Shown here: positions 27,690 through 37,280 of the stretch, in pieces | How the letters are laid out: each line of letters begins with the position of its first letter | How positions within the stretch are numbered: the first letter of the stretch is position 1 | IMG/VR virus record: IMGVR_UViG_3300037501_000166 | Length of the DNA: 64,000 bases | Reading direction: 5' to 3' (one strand) | Source of the DNA: a virus | The notes under the pieces: generated by a model | Seen by the model: the letters and a program-made list of their open reading frames with translations, nothing else | Databases searched by the model: none | Told to the model about the DNA's origin: nothing | Made by a program: the position numbers and the translations under genes

Positions 27690-28883
27690 CTAGGAGGTCA
27701 GCGCGGTAAAGACGCCGTGCTGCCCCCACTCGAACCCGCGACCTTCCATCGAGTACTCGGAGATGAGCATGTGCTGTTCGTAGTCGCCGTTGTCGCCCAG
27801 CTTCTTGAGGAGAAGCTTCCTCCCCTTTTTGGCCCTGAGCTTCAGCTTATCCGTGTCGAGAACGAATACCAGGGTCGCCGGGAACTTCGGCATCATGAGC
27901 AGTTCCAACTCCTTACCCACGTCGGTCATGTAACGCGGGATGAACAGCCCGCCGATCTTGTTGTCGGGGGCCATGCGGACCCGATCCCGCGACCAATCCG
28001 TGAACTTCCTCATGAGGGTGTAGGGACCAACCACGACCTTCGGACTGCCTCCGTTTTCCACGATGTTCGCCACGAGGTTATTGAACGCGGATTCGGTGAA
28101 TGTCGTTGTGGTGTTGTCGTACGGAGAAGTCCCCAACAGCCCCGAGTTGATGATACATCCGAACGCGCCGTTCATAAGGCCGATTGCGGTCGTGCTGCTT
28201 CTGGACTGTCCGTAGGACAAAAGAACAGAACGTTCCCTCTCGAACTGCATCTCCTGAAGTCGCTGTTTGATTTCGTGCGCGAGGTTGTTCGGAACCGCGT
28301 ACATATCGGTTGCCAGCATGCTTCCGGTGATTGAGACTTCCTTCATGTGGATGGCGAATTTGTTGGACATGATCGCCCGCTTGCGCGAGGTATCGCCCAT
28401 GGGATCGGAACCCTCAGGGGCGAAGTGCCCAACGATGTACAGCTTGGCCGATGCCGCCACGCCGCCGGAGACCGTCACCAACTCCGAAAGGCCGAGGGAA
28501 CCGGCCCCGGTGTTGATGGTCGTGACCACGAAGTAAGCGTATTCCGTGGACCCGGCGGTCTTGGCATAAAGCAAGGTTCCGACCTGGATCGCCTTGGCGA
28601 CTTCAGCGGTGGCAAGCCCGGTCCCCGACGTGGTGATGAGGATGGCCGAGGTATCGGACGCGATTGCTGCGGAGGTTTGCACGTAGCCGAAGCCACGATG
28701 TTCGGTCAACCATTCGATGATTGTCCCGCCCGAGTCCGGCCCCCAAGAAATCCGATTCAGAAGCGGGGTTTCCTCATGAGCCCAAACGTCCAGAAGGTTC
28801 GACACGTCCCGGATATTCGTGCTCGCCGTGAAGTCGGTAGTGCCGAAAGAATCAGGGTACACCCTAGCCGAAAGTGTTGCCAT
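27690..28883 (-). CDS. Major capsid protein (SU10/DUF5309-like HK97 fold) with Ser/Thr-rich insertion
   Basis: IRDVS...EETPLL...IEW...EGSD...KEVSITGS...MQFERE...LGDNGDYEQHMLISEYSME; follows scaffold and portal. Confidence 0.88.
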   Translation of the reverse strand: MATLSARVYPDSFGTTDFTASTNIRDVSNLLDVWAHEETPLLNRISWGPDSGGTIIEWLTEHRGFGYVQTSAAIASDTSAILITTSGTGLATAEVAKAIQVGTLLYAKTAGSTEYAYFVVTTINTGAGSLGLSELVTVSGGVAASAKLYIVGHFAPEGSDPMGDTSRKRAIMSNKFAIHMKEVSITGSMLATDMYAVPNNLAHEIKQRLQEMQFERERSVLLSYGQSRSSTTAIGLMNGAFGCIINSGLLGTSPYDNTTTTFTESAFNNLVANIVENGGSPKVVVGPYTLMRKFTDWSRDRVRMAPDNKIGGLFIPRYMTDVGKELELLMMPKFPATLVFVLDTDKLKLRAKKGRKLLLKKLGDNGDYEQHMLISEYSMEGRGFEWGQHGVFTALTS

Positions 28884-28895
28884 CTGTCCCTCCGT

Positions 28896-29675
28896 TTACC
28901 GCTTTTGCGAAGGGGTGAGCATTTGCTGAACCAGCATTTCCAATGCCTGATCCGCGCTCAATGCCCCCTCTGCGCGGTTCTTCAAGATGTCTCGCTGAGC
29001 TTTTTGTTCAGCGGATGTTTGCGGGATTGCCGGAACGCTTCTCGTTCCCCCGCTTTCCGTATGCTGTGGGGAGGTTTGGCCCGGGATGCCGTACTTCTTC
29101 AAGATCTCCGAGGTTCCCATGAGCGCCTTATCGTACTTCTCAAGGAGCTTTTCACTGAAAAGATCTCGAATAGACAGTTCTCCGCTTTGAATACGCTGCG
29201 CGGTGTTGTAGTCCTGAAGCGACGCCTCGAATTCAGCCGCCACGCTCTTGTAGCGCCTGTTGCCGCGTACCCAAGAAAGCTCCCTGGCCAATGCTTCTTG
29301 CTGTGCTCTGGTCTGCTCCCCGATTTTGTTGACCACTTTCCACACGCTTTGCTCAACCAGAGATGACAGATCCACCGACTGCCCGCCTTCGGGCGCTTCG
29401 TAAGGACCCGGCGATACCGGTCTCGATTGCTGAGCGGATATCATACTTTTTAACTCGGCAATCTGCCTGTTGGCTTCACCCAGCATATTCGCAAGCCTCC
29501 CCGCCTGTTGCGAGGCAACCGCCATCCCTCGGATGTCCTCGGGAGTCTTTACCTGCAACGTTTCGAGTTCGCTTAGAATCGCTTGGATGTCCTCTCCGCC
29601 GCCCTGGCTTGCAGATTCCTGACTCTGCTGTTTCGGATCCTGGGGCGTTTCCTTGATCGTCGGGCTCTCTGGCAT
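28896..29675 (-). CDS. Putative scaffolding protein
   Basis: Helical/coiled-coil, Gln/Glu-rich, immediately upstream of the capsid gene. Confidence 0.7.
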   Translation of the reverse strand: MPESPTIKETPQDPKQQSQESASQGGGEDIQAILSELETLQVKTPEDIRGMAVASQQAGRLANMLGEANRQIAELKSMISAQQSRPVSPGPYEAPEGGQSVDLSSLVEQSVWKVVNKIGEQTRAQQEALARELSWVRGNRRYKSVAAEFEASLQDYNTAQRIQSGELSIRDLFSEKLLEKYDKALMGTSEILKKYGIPGQTSPQHTESGGTRSVPAIPQTSAEQKAQRDILKNRAEGALSADQALEMLVQQMLTPSQKR

Positions 29676-29726
29676 TTCCCTGTCTCCTGTCGGGTCACTT
29701 CCATCACGGTCGTTCCCCTACGTTTT

Positions 29727-30071
29727 TTATGCCCCTGCCGCACGGCGGGGCTTGGTTCTCTCGGCGATATCCTCGTTATGCTTTTTGACCTTCATCATCG
29801 TTTCGACAACAGTCATGGGGTTCATCATCCAGACCAAGAATTCATCCATCCAAGAAAGCGTCTTGATGAGAGCCCTTTGTTCGTCTTGCGCCAGTTTCTG
29901 GAACTCCCGGCTTATGGGGGTTTCCCTCATTTGGACTCTCAAAAACATGATGAATTGCTGTAGGGCCTTCCATCCCTTTTCGTCCTTCAGCCTCAGTATC
30001 CAATCGAGATGCTGCTGGGATTCAGGATGCTGTATCCATTGCAGCATGACCTGACGAAGGGCTGTTTTCAT
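29727..30071 (-). CDS. Small helical protein downstream of the portal
   Basis: ATGA coupling to the portal; conserved position in podoviruses. Confidence 0.65.
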   Translation of the reverse strand: MKTALRQVMLQWIQHPESQQHLDWILRLKDEKGWKALQQFIMFLRVQMRETPISREFQKLAQDEQRALIKTLSWMDEFLVWMMNPMTVVETMMKVKKHNEDIAERTKPRRAAGA

Positions 30072-31999
30072 CCCTTCACCAGCGTCTTTGTTACGTCCGC
30101 TATAAGACCCCTTTCCGCCTGCCTGTCGGCCATCTTATCTTGAAGCAAGGCGTTCAGTTGCATCATGTTGATCTGTTGGTTCAACTGAGCCTGTTGCTGC
30201 ATCTGCATTTCATAAGCAAGTTGCTCTGGCGTTTTAAGGAACTTGTCCGCTTCATGGAAATCCATAAGTTCAAGCATCGCCTTGGCCAACTCGAAGTGTT
30301 GAAGATACGGTGTTTGCGCCCAGACCTGTGACCACTGAAGAAGTTGCTGGATCCTAAATTGTTTTCCAAGCGCAGGTTCAAGCGCCGTATATCTGACCGT
30401 GAAGTCATAATCCCAGTGAATATCGCCTGGGAACAGCGGGACAAACTGCTGATCAGGCGACACGTCGGAAAGACGCGCCTCGAACCCAGCCGGCAAATGC
30501 CATGTGTTGAGCAACATCATATATTTGAGAAGAGGTTGAAATCCTTGGTGATCCATGGTCATCATCAAAAGGCGGGTTCTGGCTTCGCCCATTGATTGGA
30601 GACTGTATATCGTCCCGACGTGCTCCTGTCTCGGCGGAACCTGTCCCAGATTATACGGATAAAGCCCGAGCATATCCGAAATGGCGTTCTCGAAAAAATC
30701 TTCCTGTTCTCTGAATATCCCCGTCTGCGAGACGTCGCCGGTCACAAGCGGCTGTATATCCCCCATATCTTCGACCGGAACGATACCAAACGGTTTCCAG
30801 ATAAGGGCCTGGGGATCAATGTCCGCGTCTTGACGGACTTTAAGCATCTGGTTGACCATCATCACTGCGTTCTGGAAGCGGGTATTGCCAAGGACATTGA
30901 CTTGCTCTTGGATAGACTTCCCCAGCCTTATCAATCCAATATCCCAGAAGAGCTCCGGATGCATATAACAGCCGATGGCGAAATATGGCGTATAACCGTA
31001 CTTGTTCTTTTCGAGTTTCAGGATGGTTTTGTAATTTCCGATGTGGACGATGGCTTTGCTTTCTTTCCCCTTGATCTTGTATCCCGCGTCGATTTCGTAA
31101 GGAGAGTCGTCTTCGGGGAAGATATATCTTCCATAACCTTCGATCACATCCACTTCAGGGGCGACACGTTCGGAGTTGAGCTCGGCTTCCGTCAGATATC
31201 CTTCGAGGCTGAGAGATTTCGCGATGGCTTCAAATGAGTCGTTGCCTGATCCGACGCCGCCACCGGGCCGCATGGTGCCTGAAAATCCAACCTTGTCAAC
31301 GTTTCGATAGACGCCCTTTTCCTCCAGCTCCTTGAGATAGTTGACCGATCTACGGTACACATCGAACACAAAGGGCATATCCTGGATGTTCTTAAAGTGC
31401 GGATGCGGAACAAACGTTTTGTTCGGCCTGACTTCACAGTACGGACCATCGTAGGTGACTTGAGGTTCCTCGACAAGAAGATCCTGGTAGCTGATGTCAA
31501 CAATCTGACCGTTCTGAACGACAGGGTATGGGATGAGGATGCGGCGCGGGGAAATACGTTCCTCTTTCTTCCAGTAGCACTTGGCGATCCCCTTGCCCCA
31601 GCTCATGGCGTTGAGCATCCACTGGAGATGAAACATGTATGCTCCACCCACCGCGTCGCAATCGTTCAAAGTTTCCATCTGGAAATTGAGAAGAGCTGAA
31701 ATCCTGGGAGCCCTGTCAACGTCGGCTCTCTTGCGCGGACGGACGGCGACGAAGTTATGAGACGCCGGTTGATACATCTGATCCATGAAGCGCGACAGGA
31801 TGGTCATGATTCTTGGCAGGAGCTTGTTGAAAGACATGTTATAAACGAGTGGGTATTTGTTCTGGCTGATATGCCCGAGGTAGTATTCCATGTCCTCGTC
31901 GTACGACAGTCTCGTATCCTGATTGAGATCCCATTGCATCTTGTAGGCTTCAAGGAAATGCCTTGCCGCGTCAAGTTCCCACTCGGTTTGCTCTGCCAT
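30068..31999 (-). CDS. Portal protein (P22-like)
   Basis: 643 aa; N-terminal helix, FNKLLPRI, WGKGIAKCYW, YDGPY, Gln-rich C-terminal barrel; position. Confidence 0.88.
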   Translation of the reverse strand: MAEQTEWELDAARHFLEAYKMQWDLNQDTRLSYDEDMEYYLGHISQNKYPLVYNMSFNKLLPRIMTILSRFMDQMYQPASHNFVAVRPRKRADVDRAPRISALLNFQMETLNDCDAVGGAYMFHLQWMLNAMSWGKGIAKCYWKKEERISPRRILIPYPVVQNGQIVDISYQDLLVEEPQVTYDGPYCEVRPNKTFVPHPHFKNIQDMPFVFDVYRRSVNYLKELEEKGVYRNVDKVGFSGTMRPGGGVGSGNDSFEAIAKSLSLEGYLTEAELNSERVAPEVDVIEGYGRYIFPEDDSPYEIDAGYKIKGKESKAIVHIGNYKTILKLEKNKYGYTPYFAIGCYMHPELFWDIGLIRLGKSIQEQVNVLGNTRFQNAVMMVNQMLKVRQDADIDPQALIWKPFGIVPVEDMGDIQPLVTGDVSQTGIFREQEDFFENAISDMLGLYPYNLGQVPPRQEHVGTIYSLQSMGEARTRLLMMTMDHQGFQPLLKYMMLLNTWHLPAGFEARLSDVSPDQQFVPLFPGDIHWDYDFTVRYTALEPALGKQFRIQQLLQWSQVWAQTPYLQHFELAKAMLELMDFHEADKFLKTPEQLAYEMQMQQQAQLNQQINMMQLNALLQDKMADRQAERGLIADVTKTLVKG

Positions 32000-32014
32000 T
32001 TGACGTCCCTATCC

Positions 32015-32368
32015 TCAAACTTCCGGCTCTAAAACATCGCCCCCCAATGCAATGCGCCTGATGTCTTCCGGGTTGTATTTCACGTACGCGATTTCCTCAA
32101 CGATTGCAGGAACTTCATAGGTTTGAAATTCGTGTAAGACGCCCGGCTCGACGTCAAACATCTGTTTTTGGGTCAGCACAGTCGTATGGCCCTTGTCGGT
32201 CTTGACCCCAAGTTTTCCGCTGATGACTGTAAACCTGTTCCAACAGGTTGTATGGGAATGATAGGAGCATCGTTGATTGGGGACAAGGAACAGCAGGGTA
32301 ACGATTCCACCGTCCCACGCAAAGGTAAGCATGCGTTCGCCCCATGTGCCGTGGACCTGGCTGAACAT
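32015..32368 (-). CDS. Cupin-domain protein
   Basis: CSYHSH...NRFTVISG and VEPGVLHEF cupin motifs; ATG overlaps the upstream TAA. Confidence 0.75.
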   Translation of the reverse strand: MFSQVHGTWGERMLTFAWDGGIVTLLFLVPNQRCSYHSHTTCWNRFTVISGKLGVKTDKGHTTVLTQKQMFDVEPGVLHEFQTYEVPAIVEEIAYVKYNPEDIRRIALGGDVLEPEV

Positions 32369-32535
32369 TACTTTCCTCTCCGATGTTTCCGTCTGGTAGG
32401 TTTCCAACCGTGTTCGATAGCATTCAAAAGGCGTTCTTGTGCTTCCGCCTTTTTCTTTGTGGTGGCCTTGCTTTTCACACCACCCGGCGTCGAGACCTGA
32501 TAGCGCTTACCTTTCCTTCTTATCTTGACCGGCAT
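32368..32535 (-). CDS. Small basic protein
   Basis: MPVKIRRKGKRYQVSTPGGVKSKATTKKKAEAQERLLNAIEHG; AGGAG RBS. Confidence 0.65.
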   Translation of the reverse strand: MPVKIRRKGKRYQVSTPGGVKSKATTKKKAEAQERLLNAIEHGWKPTRRKHRRGK

Positions 32536-32698
32536 GGGGCATCTCCTGAAGAACGAGGAAAGCCCGTAATGCAAGTTCGATTCGACGGCAAAGAAAGGCA
32601 AGGCCCCTCGGAACGCATCCCAAGGGGCCTTTGAGGGGGTTGGTGTCCGTCAGGAGGTAATTTCGGACACTGTGAAGGGAGATAAGCCATGGTCTAGC

Positions 32699-32785
32699 TA
32701 AATAGCAGATCTGATCCTGATAGTCAACACTTTTTTTCACATTTTTTACTTTTTTTACTTTTTTGACCTTTTTGACTTTTCAAGC
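32699..32785 (-). promoter_or_regulatory. Sigma70-type promoter for the structural operon with upstream phased A-tracts
   Basis: TTGACT (32727-32722), 17-nt spacer ending TGC, TATTTA (32704-32699); A5-A7 runs at 32731-32782. Confidence 0.65.
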
Positions 32786-32880
32786 TCATGCATCAAACCT
32801 GGCGCTTCGGCGCATGGCCTGAAAGGAAGAGTAAACTTGAAAGAGGTTGTGGCAATGAGAGAGTGGAAGGATTCGGTTTT

Positions 32881-34392
32881 CTATCTCACGCGCAGATAGT
32901 GCCCTCCATACGGGCCATATCCAGGCAATCCATCGTACGACGTGATCCCCCACTTGTTCGTCTTGCGGTACATCCCGGCCTTGGCCTTCCTGGCCTTCTG
33001 TTGGACAATGTACCGCAAGCAGATCGGCCAGTCGGAAAACTTCGGATCAGGCGTCCCATCCTTGAGCCAGTAGTGATTCTTCAACTGCTTGCGCAGCGTC
33101 TCGCAGCTTTCACGCACAAACAAACGAGGGTGATCCTTCATGTTCCCTCGAAAAAAATCATTCATAATCGAGATCCCGACCCCAGGCTGTTTGTTATACC
33201 CTTCGGTAAAGTACATCCCGCAATTCCTAAACTCATCCCACGGCGAAAACCCCCTGATCAGCGCATTGCTCTTGTCCTTCATCTTAGGGTCGGCCACTCG
33301 GCGGATCTTTCGCCTGAACCACCTGTCGCCCTCCAGCGCACTGATCACGTCGCAGATCTCGCTTATCGTCTTGCCGTCCGTATCAACCGGCCTCAATTCA
33401 TCGTAAACATACACATTCCCTTCCTTGTCAGTCCACGTCCACAGCCCCGCTGTCGGCTTGCTGTTGTGGTAATCCATGGCAAACTCGAACTTCCCCTCCT
33501 CGTCGTCCCAAGGCGGATGCCAGTCCACCGGCACCAAATGCCCCGTCTTCTTCTTGGGATCCCACAACCAATCCTCAAAATCAGGATGGCACAACCGCCC
33601 AAACGTGGGATACTCCCCGTAAACCTGCACTTTGACCTGGGTTTCCGTCTTCCCCTCGCTGAATTTGGCGATGAAGTCAGACGTTATGGCCGGATTCTCG
33701 TGCATCGCCGCACGAATCACCCCCCAATTCCCCACACGGCCGTCCTCGTAAGGGTCCAAAATCTTAAACTTCGTCCAACTCGGACCCTTGCCCTCCTCAT
33801 ACGGAGGCGTCATCGTGATGATGACCTTCCCGCCGCCTTTCGCCGTCCTCAAGCCACGCACAGATTCATCATACTGCGGCTCATCCGGCTCCTCATCCGA
33901 AAAAAGAATGTCGAAATTCGTCCCTGAATGCTGCCTCCTCTCCTGCTCGCTCGTCATAAAATGCCACACCGAACCATTCACCCACTTTATGCTCTTGTCC
34001 TCTTTACTCCACGGCGGAATCTTATCCCCCTTGATCGCAGAATACGGCACCAAAGCCCCTATCTCCTGCCCCGATGGCAGAAAGCATGGATCAAAAAGGG
34101 TCTCCTTCGCCACCGTGTTCATCCCATGCTCAAGATCCTGCACCAAAATCTTGATCTTCAGCGGAGGGCGCATCCTCATCTCGTTCTGCCCCGGAAAAAT
34201 CCCCAAGGTCAACATCGTCAACGCCCAATACCCGATGTGTGTCTTCCCCGTCCCGTTCCCAGCAAGAAACAGCGTCCCCCAATTCCTGTAAATCGAGTCA
34301 AGAAACATCAACTGCTTCTTGTAATGCAGCTTGTCCCACTCCAAAAGCGGAACCCAATCCCGCGGAACGCTTATCTGCTCGTCATCGCTCAT
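32881..34392 (-). CDS. terL: Terminase large subunit
   Basis: Walker A GNGTGKT, Walker B LFSDEEP, nuclease AMDYH; ATG overlaps the upstream TGA. Confidence 0.93.
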   Translation of the reverse strand: MSDDEQISVPRDWVPLLEWDKLHYKKQLMFLDSIYRNWGTLFLAGNGTGKTHIGYWALTMLTLGIFPGQNEMRMRPPLKIKILVQDLEHGMNTVAKETLFDPCFLPSGQEIGALVPYSAIKGDKIPPWSKEDKSIKWVNGSVWHFMTSEQERRQHSGTNFDILFSDEEPDEPQYDESVRGLRTAKGGGKVIITMTPPYEEGKGPSWTKFKILDPYEDGRVGNWGVIRAAMHENPAITSDFIAKFSEGKTETQVKVQVYGEYPTFGRLCHPDFEDWLWDPKKKTGHLVPVDWHPPWDDEEGKFEFAMDYHNSKPTAGLWTWTDKEGNVYVYDELRPVDTDGKTISEICDVISALEGDRWFRRKIRRVADPKMKDKSNALIRGFSPWDEFRNCGMYFTEGYNKQPGVGISIMNDFFRGNMKDHPRLFVRESCETLRKQLKNHYWLKDGTPDPKFSDWPICLRYIVQQKARKAKAGMYRKTNKWGITSYDGLPGYGPYGGHYLRVR

Positions 34393-35612
34393 CAGCGTCC
34401 GCCCCGATACCAATTTTCAAGATACCCAGCTCCACCCGTCACCCTATCCCACCAATCCAGCAAAGCCGAATAATCACCACCACCCGCACTCAGCATCTTC
34501 TCGGACGCCGTCCTGCCACCACCACGCTCATCTCCATACCCCATCCCAGATCCCCTCCACTTCCCAGCTCCCTCATCAGCGCCTTCCCCCCAAAAATCAT
34601 CACCACCCCCTCCACCACCCATCCACTCCGGCTTGCTCCTCTCACTAGACGCCACACTCAACAACTCATTCCACCCAGGCCCCACCGCCCCAGGACCCAA
34701 AGGCGCACTCCCCAACCCCTCCAACCCACCCGTCACCGTCCCTAACGGCGCCCCCATCGGACTGAACGCCATAGAATTCCTACCAGTCAAATCAACATTA
34801 GCAAACGCCCGCGTCCGAGCCACCTCCGCAATATCCTTCATACTGAACCTCGGATCAGGCATATACGGCACCAACTGATTCATCAACTCCTGCTCCTGCG
34901 CCGTCACCATCCGCTCAAACTCAGGATCCGTCACAACATCCAACGTCTCAGCCGTGTCCATACTCGCCGCCGGACCCATCGGACTGAACGCCGCACTCAC
35001 CCCACCCTTGTGACCTAACGGACCAAACACGTTCGCCGTATCCGCAGGCGACAACGGAGCCTGATTCGATAACTTCTGCGCCGTCATCGCCATCATCACC
35101 GGTGGACTCTGCGCAAAGATCGCATTGAAAATGTTCCTCCCTGTCTTCTCCGCCGCCAACTCCAACGCAAACTCGTCCGCCGCCGTAGGATTCGACTTCA
35201 ACGCCGTCGGCAACGACATCAACGCAGGACTCAACGCATTCACCACGCTAAACGGATTCGTCGGCGCCGTAAAACTCTTATCCGCCGCCGTACTCTTAAA
35301 CGAACTATACAAAGACTTAGCCGCCTTCGCAAAATCCACCGCCTGACGCGCCATCAACGGCACACTAAAACGCGCCGCCGCCGACTCCTCCTCACTCATC
35401 ACCTCCGGCTCACTCTCAGACATACTGCTCAACACCGCATTCACACCACTAAACATCCCACCAAACGGATCCGAACCAGAATCATTACCACCCAACGCAA
35501 TACCTAATCCACTCACCCCACCACCTACACCAATACCCAAACCCCCCAATCCACCTACATCACCACCACCCAACATGCCAAGATCACCACCAACATCCGC
35601 CCCAGGGTCCAT
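34392..35612 (-). CDS. Gly/Ala/Ser-rich hypothetical protein (406 aa)
   Basis: Long open frame coupled to terL; GGGG/AAGG RBS; third codon positions overwhelmingly G/T. Confidence 0.6.
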   Translation of the reverse strand: MDPGADVGGDLGMLGGGDVGGLGGLGIGVGGGVSGLGIALGGNDSGSDPFGGMFSGVNAVLSSMSESEPEVMSEEESAAARFSVPLMARQAVDFAKAAKSLYSSFKSTAADKSFTAPTNPFSVVNALSPALMSLPTALKSNPTAADEFALELAAEKTGRNIFNAIFAQSPPVMMAMTAQKLSNQAPLSPADTANVFGPLGHKGGVSAAFSPMGPAASMDTAETLDVVTDPEFERMVTAQEQELMNQLVPYMPDPRFSMKDIAEVARTRAFANVDLTGRNSMAFSPMGAPLGTVTGGLEGLGSAPLGPGAVGPGWNELLSVASSERSKPEWMGGGGGGDDFWGEGADEGAGKWRGSGMGYGDERGGGRTASEKMLSAGGGDYSALLDWWDRVTGGAGYLENWYRGGR

Positions 35613-36038
35613 GTCCCTTACCCCCTAAAATAAAGCAATCAGCAACTCCCTCAGTATCAACAAAATACACCAATACATAACCATATCCATCAACATGGCT
35701 GTCATCTCACGTACCACCCCACATACCCCGCGCGTATCCACATGCTCTCTTTCACGCAAACTTCAACAAATCTTTTCCACATCTTTCAACCCTAACTTTT
35801 TAAACTCCATATCTTTTCTCCCCAAATTGAAACTAATTCCAAGAGAAAAACCCAAAAAGTTCGCTGAGGAGGGTCCAACGGCCATCACCCCCCCCCCGTC
35901 GTGCGGCCCCCCGGGGGGCAAACATCCGCAGGCACGCCTGGAGCCGCCGAATGATCGTTCGTTCGCATGTTGACATAATGCTAATTATCAGACTCGTACA
36001 CCCTAACCCCATGATATCATTCATTTCACAAATCCCTA

Positions 36039-36668
36039 CTATTTTGCAGGGGTTTTACTTATTATACTTTCTATACTTTCCGAGTGCCCCAACCGTGCCT
36101 CCAGCGACGCTCTGAGCTGGCCAGCCAGCACGTTGACTTGCACTTGCACGTTGCCGCCGCCAGGGCCGCTATCTGCGGCCTGGAGCCCGGCTATCTTGGC
36201 GATCCGCTCCCGGACTTTTCCCCCCCCCGCCGCGGCGGGATCCTCGAGATGATGCGCATCGTACGCTGCGAGCCTGGGTACGTGATGGTGCTGGTATACG
36301 GCGCGAGCGAGTGCCTGGATGGCGGCGCCATCGGACGATAGATGATCGACGAGCTCGCGATCTTGTGCAATGGTGGCCCAGTGCTTGGCGCGCGCAAGGC
36401 GTCGGCGGCGCTGGTCGGCTGGTGGGAGGGTGGAGATATCTGGTGTATCTGGGGAGTAGGGATCTGGGAGTAGTGAGGCGATGATATCGGATGAGGTAGG
36501 GATCGGCGGATCCGGTTGTGTGGTCGGTGGGTACGTGATGATGTCGTCTGACGGAGGAGACAAGACGGCTACGGCTCCCGCAGGCGGGCTCGGACGTGCT
36601 CGGTCACTATGTACACTCGCCCGGCCTGCTCTATCGTGACGGTTGCGCCCACTGAGTGGGGCGCGCAT
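36039..36668 (-). CDS. Putative terminase small subunit
   Basis: Upstream of terL behind a strong promoter; C-terminal RERIAKIAGL...NVQVQVNV pattern; no diagnostic family motif. Confidence 0.45.
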   Translation of the reverse strand: MRAPLSGRNRHDRAGRASVHSDRARPSPPAGAVAVLSPPSDDIITYPPTTQPDPPIPTSSDIIASLLPDPYSPDTPDISTLPPADQRRRRLARAKHWATIAQDRELVDHLSSDGAAIQALARAVYQHHHVPRLAAYDAHHLEDPAAAGGGKVRERIAKIAGLQAADSGPGGGNVQVQVNVLAGQLRASLEARLGHSESIESIISKTPAK

Positions 36669-36820
36669 CGAGTATCCCTGCGGCGAGGTAGGGAGCGCAT
36701 CTATGTGATGGTAGCCCTTGCCTGCCCGCCTGGTGGTCGCCTGCGCGGCGGGGTTGCCAGGTCCGGGATGCCCGCGCTGGCCTAGGATGCTTGTGTATGG
36801 TGCATCCTATGTTTTGCTCG

Positions 36821-36849
36821 TATATAGCAGGTATGTTTATTGGTGTCAA
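36821..36849 (-). promoter_or_regulatory. Strong sigma70-type promoter (packaging operon)
   Basis: TTGACA (36849-36844), 17-nt spacer ending TGC, TATATA (36826-36821); A-tracts upstream. Confidence 0.75.
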
Positions 36850-36933
36850 CTTTTTTTTTTACTTTTTTAACGTTTGGGTATATGTGATTGATATTGCTGT
36901 CTTTTATTTTTTTCCCCAAAATGCATTTTTTTC

Positions 36934-36963
36934 TTGACAACCTTTTTGGGGCCGTGATATGTT
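36934..36963 (+). promoter_or_regulatory. Divergent sigma70-type promoter
   Basis: TTGACA 36934-36939; TG-A-TATGTT extended -10 at 36955-36963. Confidence 0.55.
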
Positions 36964-37001
36964 GCCCCCAAGATCGATACTACTTGTGTGGAGGTGAGAC
37001 C

Positions 37002-37208
37002 ATGAAGCAAGCGGATATGCGGCGGCAGGGGAGAGGGTGGATTTTGCAAGTCTTCGACCCGCAGCGCAAGCTGTGGGTCGAGTCGTCGGAGATGGATTTT
37101 CACAGGGCCCGGTGGTGGGTCGGTTACCACAACTGCCGCCACCACGGCGGCAGTAAATGCCGGGCGATGGAACACACTCACCCCCCAGAGGAAGGAGATG
37201 AAGTGTAA
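37002..37208 (+). CDS. Small hypothetical protein in its own promoter-terminator unit (68 aa)
   Basis: GGAGGT RBS before MKQADMRRQG...; flanked by promoter and terminator. Confidence 0.6.
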   Translation: MKQADMRRQGRGWILQVFDPQRKLWVESSEMDFHRARWWVGYHNCRHHGGSKCRAMEHTHPPEEGDEV

Positions 37209-37280
37209 AAAATGCAACTAGTACTGGCTACGCGCACATAGAGCCCACCGCACTGGCCCCGTTGCCGGGGCCACTAGTAA

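Noticed and set aside
27579-33927. Long + strand ORFs (27579-28334, 28347-29366, 30596-31237, 32788-33927)
   Set aside because: Antisense shadows of the capsid, scaffold, portal and terminase genes; no RBS or motifs.
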